A stretch of DNA of 64,000 bases from an uncultured bacterium (lineage in GTDB: Bacteria > Krumholzibacteriota > Krumholzibacteriia > LZORAL124-64-63): NCBI GenBank assembly GCA_963732385.1, contig CAVSZB010000007.1:480001-544000 (forward strand), given 5' to 3'. Made by a program: the position numbers and the translations under genes. Below the pieces are notes generated by a model. It saw only the letters and a list, made by a program, of their open reading frames with translations, searched no databases and was not told the origin of the DNA. This document shows positions 57,959 to 64,000 of this stretch, piece by piece. Each line of letters begins with the position of its first letter. Positions within the stretch are counted from its first letter, which is position 1.

Positions 57959-59511
57959 GGCGCGGCCTGGTCGTCACTGTCCCGAACCGCGCGCTCCTCG
58001 GCCCGCAGGTGCGGAAACAGCAGCACGTCGCGGATCGAGTTGCAGTCGCACAGCAGCATGACGAGCCGGTCGATCCCGACGCCGAGTCCCGCGGTGGGCG
58101 GCATGCCGTACTCGATCGCCTGCAGAAAGTCCTCGTCCAGCGGCTGCGCTTCATCGTCGCCCGCCGCCCGCAGCGTGGTCTGCGCCAGGAAGCGGCGGCG
58201 CTGTTCCGCGGGGTCGTTCAGTTCGGTGAAGGCATTGCCCACCTCGAAGCCGGCCATGAACGGCTCGAACCGCTCCACGAGTCCAGGCTCGCTCCGGTGC
58301 GCCTTCGCCAGGGGGCTCAACTCCTCCGGGTGGTCCATGACGAAGGTCGGCTGGATCAGGCCCGGCTCCACCCGGGCGCTGAACACCGCATCGAGGATCT
58401 TGCCGGCCCCCATGTCGGGCGACACCGGCACGCCGAGACTCCGGGCGTGCGCCGCCACCTCGTCGCGCAAAAGGCCGCGGAAGTCGATGCCGGTCGCTTC
58501 CCGCAGGCCGTCCAGAAAGCGCAATCTCCGGAAGCCTCCCCGCAGGTCGATCTCCTGGCCACCGTAGACGATCTTGCCGTCCTGCCCGAACCGCTCGCCC
58601 AGCAGCGCGAAAAGCCGCTCCACCAGGGCCATCATGTCGGTGTAGTCCCAATAGGCCGCGTAGCACTCCATCATGGTGAACTCGGGGTTGTGGGTGCGGT
58701 CCATCCCCTCGTTCCGGAAATCCTTGCCGATCTCAAAGACCCGCTCGAAGCCCCCCACGATGACACGCTTCAGGTACAGTTCGTCGGCGATGCGCAGGTA
58801 CAGGGTAGAGTCGAGGGCGTTGTGATGCGTGGTGAAAGGCCTCGCGGTGGCGCCCCCGTAGATCGGCTGCAGAGATGGCGTTTCGACCTCCAGGAACCCC
58901 TCGTCGACCAGGAAGCGCCGCACCGTGTCGATGATCGCGGACCGCCGGCGGAAGCGCGCGCGGGTGTCGAGGTTCATGGCGAGATCGAGATACCGCCGGC
59001 GCGTGCGCAGCTCGACCCCCATTTCGTGCCACTTCTCCGGCAGAGGCCGTAGCGCCTTGGCCAGCAGTTCGCACCGGGCTCCGTGCACCGTCAACTCGCC
59101 GGTGCGGGTCCGGAAGAGGGTTCCTTCCACCCCGATGAGATCCCCTGCATCGAGCAGTCTGGCGACGCGCCGGAAGCCGTCATCGCCCAGTTCGTCGCGC
59201 CGGAAATAGGCCTGGATCGCGCCGGCGCCATCGTGCATCGGCAGGAACACCGTCTTGCCCATCAGGCGTTTGGCCATGACGCGGCCGGCGATCCTGACGA
59301 TCGTGGCGCCGGCGGTTAATTCCGCCTCTCCGGCGCGCAGCTGTGCGCTGTCGTGCGTCCGTTCGTAGCTGTGCGGATAAGGGGGCGCAGCCGCGGCGAG
59401 TTCCGCCAGTTTGGCCTGCCGCTCGGCGATCAGCCGGTGGGTTTCCGCCGCAGCCGCCGCGGCATCCGGCGGCGGAGGGGTGCCGGGCTGCCGGTCGTCG
59501 TCGTGCGCCAA
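57955..59511 (-). CDS. lysS: Lysyl-tRNA synthetase class II
   Basis: GGATARPFTTHHNALD, LRIADELYLK, FRNEG, YGMPPTAGLGVGIDR. Confidence 0.97.
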   Translation of the reverse strand: MAHDDDRQPGTPPPPDAAAAAAETHRLIAERQAKLAELAAAAPPYPHSYERTHDSAQLRAGEAELTAGATIVRIAGRVMAKRLMGKTVFLPMHDGAGAIQAYFRRDELGDDGFRRVARLLDAGDLIGVEGTLFRTRTGELTVHGARCELLAKALRPLPEKWHEMGVELRTRRRYLDLAMNLDTRARFRRRSAIIDTVRRFLVDEGFLEVETPSLQPIYGGATARPFTTHHNALDSTLYLRIADELYLKRVIVGGFERVFEIGKDFRNEGMDRTHNPEFTMMECYAAYWDYTDMMALVERLFALLGERFGQDGKIVYGGQEIDLRGGFRRLRFLDGLREATGIDFRGLLRDEVAAHARSLGVPVSPDMGAGKILDAVFSARVEPGLIQPTFVMDHPEELSPLAKAHRSEPGLVERFEPFMAGFEVGNAFTELNDPAEQRRRFLAQTTLRAAGDDEAQPLDEDFLQAIEYGMPPTAGLGVGIDRLVMLLCDCNSIRDVLLFPHLRAEERAVRDSDDQAAP

Positions 59512-59547
59512 GGTCTCTCCTCGTCGTTCGGGGCCGTCGGGCCGGGA

Positions 59548-60655
59548 TTAGCGGCCGGTCGCCTGACTGGTGGCCCGCAGATAGGCGTCGATGCACGCCT
59601 CGATCTCCCCGTCCAGGAACGCGGTGGTGTTCGAGGTTTCCCAGTCGGTGCGGTGATCCTTGATCTTGGTGTAGGGCTGCAGGACATAGGAACGGATCTG
59701 GCTCCCCCAGGCGATGTCCTTCTTCTCGTTCTCGATCACGTCCCGTTTCTTCTTTTCCTCATCGAGGGCGCGCATGTAGAGGCGGGCCCGCAGCATCTTC
59801 ATGGCGCTGTCGCGGTTGCGGTGCTGCGACCGCTCCGACTGGCACTGGACAGTGATGTTGGTCGGCAGATGGACGATCCGGATGGCAGAACTGGTCTTGT
59901 TGACGTGCTGTCCCCCCGCCCCGCTGGCGCGGAACGTGTCGACCCGCAGGTCGGATTCGTTGATCTCGACTTCGATGTCGCCCTCCACCAGCGGATAGAC
60001 GAACACCGACGCAAAGGAGGTGTGGCGTCGCGCCTGTGCATCGTAGGGTGAAATGCGCACCAGACGGTGCACGCCCGACTCGCTCTTGAGGTAGCCGAAG
60101 GCGAACTCGGAGTCGATCTCGAGCGCGGCGCTCTTGATGCCGGCCTCATCGCCCGCCTGCAGGTCGATCGCCTCGAATTTCATTCCCTGGCGCTCGAAGT
60201 AGCGCGTGTACATGCGCAGCAGCATCTCCGCCCAGTCCTGCGACTCGGTACCGCCGGCGCCGGGGTGGATCTCGAGGAGGGCGCCGCGGCTATCGTCCGG
60301 GCCGTGGAGCAGGAACTGGAACTCCAGTCGATCCAGACGTCCGGACAGTTCCTCCAGGCCGCCTGCGGTCTCCTCCGCCAGGGCCTCGTCCGCTTCGTCG
60401 CGGGCCAGTTCGGCCATCACCCCCAACTCCTCGAGTCGGCCCGCGGCGGCCACCAGCGGGTCGAGCCAGCGACGCAGTTCGCCCATCCGCCGCACGACTT
60501 CGCCGGCGGTATCGCGCGCGGTCCAGAATTCGGGACGGTTCTGGGTTTCCGTCAGACGGTCCAGTTCGGCCCGCAGCGTGGGGACGTCAAAGCCCCTCCA
60601 TGAGCAGGTCGAGGCGCCGCCCCAGTTCGTCCCGCCGCGAAAAGTTCTCTTTCAT
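59548..60655 (-). CDS. prfB: Peptide chain release factor 2 with programmed +1 frameshift
   Basis: 22-codon first segment ends GAG GGG CTT TGA C (60592-60586) with internal SD; +1 frame carries GGTESQDW, SPY, GGQ, WGSQIRSY. Confidence 0.95.
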
Positions 60656-61278
60656 CCGTTCGTCCTCCCCGGTCCGCCGCCCGCCAGGGGCAGCCTTTCC
60701 GCTAACAGCCGGTCCAGCACCGCCGCCAGCTCCCCGACCCCCCGCTCGTTCGTGATGGTAACGTCGGCGCGGGCCCACGACGCGGCCAGATGTCCCTGTG
60801 CCGCCAGCCGTCGTCGCGCCGCGGCCTCGTCCCTGTCTCCCCCGGCCAGCAACCGGCGCAGCCGCAGTTCGGGGTCGGCCGTCACGCAGATAGTCAGTTC
60901 GACGGGACCGAACGCAGGCAACAAAAAGTACACGGCGGCATCGAGGACGGCAAGACGCACCGTGCCCGCGGCCGCGGCATCGAGGGCCAGCCGCAGCTCC
61001 CGGGAGAGGCGCGGCAGGGTGATGGCGTCAAGCCGGCCCAGCGCGTCCGGATCGGCAAAGACCACCCGGCCAAGGGCTGCGCGATCCACAGCGCCGCCGC
61101 ACAGGACCGACGGACCGAACGTGGCGCCCACCGCCGCGGCGATCACGGGGTCGCGCAGCAGCGCATGACCGCAGGCATCGCCATCGACCACCGCGGCGCC
61201 ACGCGCCGCGAGCAACTGCGCCGCGAGGGACTTGCCGGCCCCGGTCGGCCCGGTGATCACCCAGCGGGGGGCGCTCAT
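60652..61278 (-). CDS. coaE: Dephospho-CoA kinase
   Basis: ITGPTGAGKS, VDRAALGRVVF; follows polA. Confidence 0.9.
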   Translation of the reverse strand: MSAPRWVITGPTGAGKSLAAQLLAARGAAVVDGDACGHALLRDPVIAAAVGATFGPSVLCGGAVDRAALGRVVFADPDALGRLDAITLPRLSRELRLALDAAAAGTVRLAVLDAAVYFLLPAFGPVELTICVTADPELRLRRLLAGGDRDEAAARRRLAAQGHLAASWARADVTITNERGVGELAAVLDRLLAERLPLAGGGPGRTNG

Positions 61279-64000
61279 CCGTGCGCCTCGGCCCAGTTGA
61301 CCCCCTGGTGCACCTCCACCGTGAGCGGCACCGTCAGCTCCCAGACCGATTCCATGCAGTCGCGCATCAGCCGGGCCACCGCCTCCGCTTCCGCGACCGG
61401 CGCCTCGACCAGCAGTTCGTCGTGCACCTGCAGCAGGAGCCGGCTCGCCAGGCGGCGTGACCGCAACTCGCGATCGAGCCGGATCATCGCCAGCTTGATC
61501 AGGTCCGCGGCCGTGCCCTGGATCGGCGTATTGACGGCCATCCGCTCCGCCATGCTGCGCTGACGATCGTGGGGAGAGGTGATGTCCGGCAGGCGGCGGC
61601 GCCGGCCAAGCAGGGTGGCCACATATCCGTCGCTCCGGGCCGCGACGCGAGTCGCTTCGAGCCAGACGCGCACGTCGGGATAAGTGCCGAAATAGCCCTC
61701 GATGAACTGCGCCGCCTCGCGCGTGGTGACCCCGGTCTGCCTCGCCAAAGCCCGCGCGCCCATGCCGTAGATCACGCCGAAATTGATCGCCTTGGCGCGC
61801 CGGCGCATTTCGCCGCTGACCTCGGACTCGGACACTCCGGCGATCAGCGCCGCCGTCCGCCGGTGCACGTCACCCCCCTCCCGGAAGGCCGCGGTGAGCG
61901 CGGCGTCCCGGGAAAAATGGGCGAGCAGACGTAATTCGATCTGGGAATAGTCGGCCGAAATGAACACGTGGCCCGGTGCACGGGGCACGAATGCACGCCG
62001 GATCATGCGCCCCAGTTCCGTGCGGATCGGGATGTTCTGCAGATTCGGATCGGAGGAGGAGAGTCGCCCCGTGGCCGCCACGGCCTGATGGTAGGAGGTG
62101 TGCACCAGCCCCGTCGCGGGATCGGCCAGCGCCGGCAGGCTCTCCACGTAAGTGCCCTGGAGCTTGGCCAGTTGCCGGAATTCGAGCACCAGACCCGGCA
62201 AAGGGTGCAACTCCGCCAGTTCGGTCAGTACTCCGACATCAGTGCTGAAGCCGGTTGCGGTGCGGCGGGTCGGCTTGAGCCCAAGCTTGTCGAACAGGAC
62301 GCGGGCGAGTTGCTGCGGACTGTTCACGTTGAACGGTTCGCCTGCGGCCGCGGCGATGCTGACCTCCAGAGCGCCCATCTCCTCGGCAAAACGGGCGCGC
62401 AGCACGCCGAGAAACGCGATGTCGACCCTGATCCCGTTGCGTTCCATCCGTAACAGAACCTCGAGCAGGGGCATCTCCACGTCCCGGAACAGCCGCTCGA
62501 GGGCAGGCTCGGCGGCCAGCGCCGGCGCGAACCGGTCGTGCAGACGCAGCGTCGCCTCCGCGTCCTCCGCGGCGTAGAGCGCGAGCCGCGCACGCGGCAC
62601 GGCGAGAATGTCGCGCTGCCGATCGCCCGGGGCGAACAACGCCGCGTAAGGCATCAGCGATTCTCCGAGTTGCGCGCGGGCCAGATCGTCGAGACCGAGC
62701 CCCGGACGCCCCGCCTCGAGAACCCAGGCCGCCACCATGGTGTCGAAGCAGTTCCCGCCCAGCCCCAGACCGTGCCGCGCCAGCAGCCAGGCGTCGAACT
62801 TCAGGTTCTGCCCGATCTTCAGGCGGGCCGGGTCGGCCAGCACCGGCCCCAGCAGGGGGGTGATCCACGGCAGGTTGTTTCGCGGGGGCGAAGGCGCCGC
62901 TGCCGGTGCGAAAAGCGTGCCTTCGACCGCGGCGACGCCGCCGGTCGGAGCGCCCTCCCCCTCGTCCCGCTCCAGCACCGGCAACCAGGCTGGCGAAGCC
63001 CCCGGGGCGCAGAGCGAGATGCCGACCAGCCGCGCCCGATCGGGACGCAGACCGTCGGTTTCCGTGTCAACGGCGAGAGGGGATCCTTCAGGCAATTTCG
63101 CAAGATAGGCTCGCAATAGTTTGTCATTGCTGAGAATGACGTAACCACGCCGCGCCAGTTCCGCCTCCTCATCCCCCGGCCCCGGCACGCCGCGGGGCGC
63201 CGGAATGGCTGGGGCTGGAGACACCGGCACGATCAGCGCTTCGGCAGGAACCGCGGCCGGCGCCAGGCCGCCGCGCGCCATCCGCTCCACGAGCGCGAGC
63301 AGCTGGCGCAGGCCGAGTCCGCGCATGAGCTCCCTGGCCGCCTCGCCCTCAGGCAGACGCACGCGCATCGCCTCCCAGTCGGGCAAGACCGGTGCATCGC
63401 AATCGATCGTGAACAGTTCGCGCGACAGATAGACCTGCTCCCGGTGCTCGCCCAGGATCCGGCGCAGGCGCGGAGTGAGGAAAGCATCCTCGATACGATC
63501 GTACAGCTCGTCCAGACCACCGAAATGCTGGATGAGCTGCAACGCCGTCTTCTCGCCGATGCCGGGGGCCCCCGGGATGTTGTCGCTGGCGTCGCCGGAC
63601 AGTGCGAAGACATCGATGAGTTGCCGTGGTTCGAGCCCGAAGTCCCGGCGCACGGTGTCCGGGGTGAGTTCGGTCACCTCGTCGCCGCGTCGCCCCGGCT
63701 TGAGCTGGCCGGTGCGGGCATCGAGCAGTTGCAGGAAATCCTTGTCGCCGGTGTAGAACCAGACGTGGCGGCAGACGTTCGCCGAGCGGCGGGCCAACGT
63801 CGCCATGACATCGTCCCCTTCCCAGCCCGCCAGCTCGCACACCCCCACCCCCCACGCGGCGATCAATTCGCGCAGGCGCGGCAACTGCGCCGCCAGCTCC
63901 TCCGGCATCGGCTTGCGCGTCGCCTTGTAAGCGGCGTACCGCCGGTGCCGGAACGTCGGCACCGGCAGATCGAAGACGATGCCCAGATGCGTGGGCCGCC
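61275..64000 (-). CDS. polA: DNA polymerase I (5' end outside window)
   Basis: GDASDNIPG..GIGEKTA, DTET, TGRLSSSDPNLQNIP, ADYSQIELR, QVHDEL. Confidence 0.97.
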   Translation of the reverse strand, partial: RPTHLGIVFDLPVPTFRHRRYAAYKATRKPMPEELAAQLPRLRELIAAWGVGVCELAGWEGDDVMATLARRSANVCRHVWFYTGDKDFLQLLDARTGQLKPGRRGDEVTELTPDTVRRDFGLEPRQLIDVFALSGDASDNIPGAPGIGEKTALQLIQHFGGLDELYDRIEDAFLTPRLRRILGEHREQVYLSRELFTIDCDAPVLPDWEAMRVRLPEGEAARELMRGLGLRQLLALVERMARGGLAPAAVPAEALIVPVSPAPAIPAPRGVPGPGDEEAELARRGYVILSNDKLLRAYLAKLPEGSPLAVDTETDGLRPDRARLVGISLCAPGASPAWLPVLERDEGEGAPTGGVAAVEGTLFAPAAAPSPPRNNLPWITPLLGPVLADPARLKIGQNLKFDAWLLARHGLGLGGNCFDTMVAAWVLEAGRPGLGLDDLARAQLGESLMPYAALFAPGDRQRDILAVPRARLALYAAEDAEATLRLHDRFAPALAAEPALERLFRDVEMPLLEVLLRMERNGIRVDIAFLGVLRARFAEEMGALEVSIAAAAGEPFNVNSPQQLARVLFDKLGLKPTRRTATGFSTDVGVLTELAELHPLPGLVLEFRQLAKLQGTYVESLPALADPATGLVHTSYHQAVAATGRLSSSDPNLQNIPIRTELGRMIRRAFVPRAPGHVFISADYSQIELRLLAHFSRDAALTAAFREGGDVHRRTAALIAGVSESEVSGEMRRRAKAINFGVIYGMGARALARQTGVTTREAAQFIEGYFGTYPDVRVWLEATRVAARSDGYVATLLGRRRRLPDITSPHDRQRSMAERMAVNTPIQGTAADLIKLAMIRLDRELRSRRLASRLLLQVHDELLVEAPVAEAEAVARLMRDCMESVWELTVPLTVEVHQGVNWAEAHG

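Noticed and set aside
59548..60655. prfB as a pseudogene
   Set aside because: The break is the canonical CTT-TGA-C programmed frameshift
1..64000. CRISPR array, cas genes, reverse transcriptase, prophage or defence island
   Set aside because: No spaced repeats or such protein motifs were seen

Overview
High-GC diderm bacterial chromosome segment. Gene content (LpxC-FabZ fusion, bS22, bshABC, mcsAB-clpC, Minf_1886-type protein, microcompartment) suggests an FCB-related candidate lineage such as Latescibacterota/Krumholzibacteriota; this is inference only. Left to right: (1) a flagellar cluster with three tandem flagellins (two near-identical), flaG-fliD-fliS-fliT-like, and an opposing flgF-G-A-H-I-J-N-K-L-fliW-csrA operon, with readable sigma28, sigma54 and CsrA signals; (2) a hybrid histidine kinase, an IS1-like element bounded by 23-bp inverted repeats, a PilZ gene, a 29-aa bS22 gene missed by the ORF track, and HU; (3) a six-gene bacterial microcompartment locus with no signature enzyme, preceded by an unannotated rod-shaped RNA candidate with its own sigma54-type promoter and terminator; (4) GlmU-like protein, pit/DUF47, tRNA-Ala and tRNA-Leu, P5C dehydrogenase, fbp, tol-pal; (5) nadB-methyltransferase-bshC-bshB1-bshA; (6) lipid A/BAM genes, mcsA-mcsB-clpC, lolD/lolC, lysS, frameshifted prfB, coaE, partial polA. 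All calls are by eye from the sequence and the supplied ORFs; no database searches were run.
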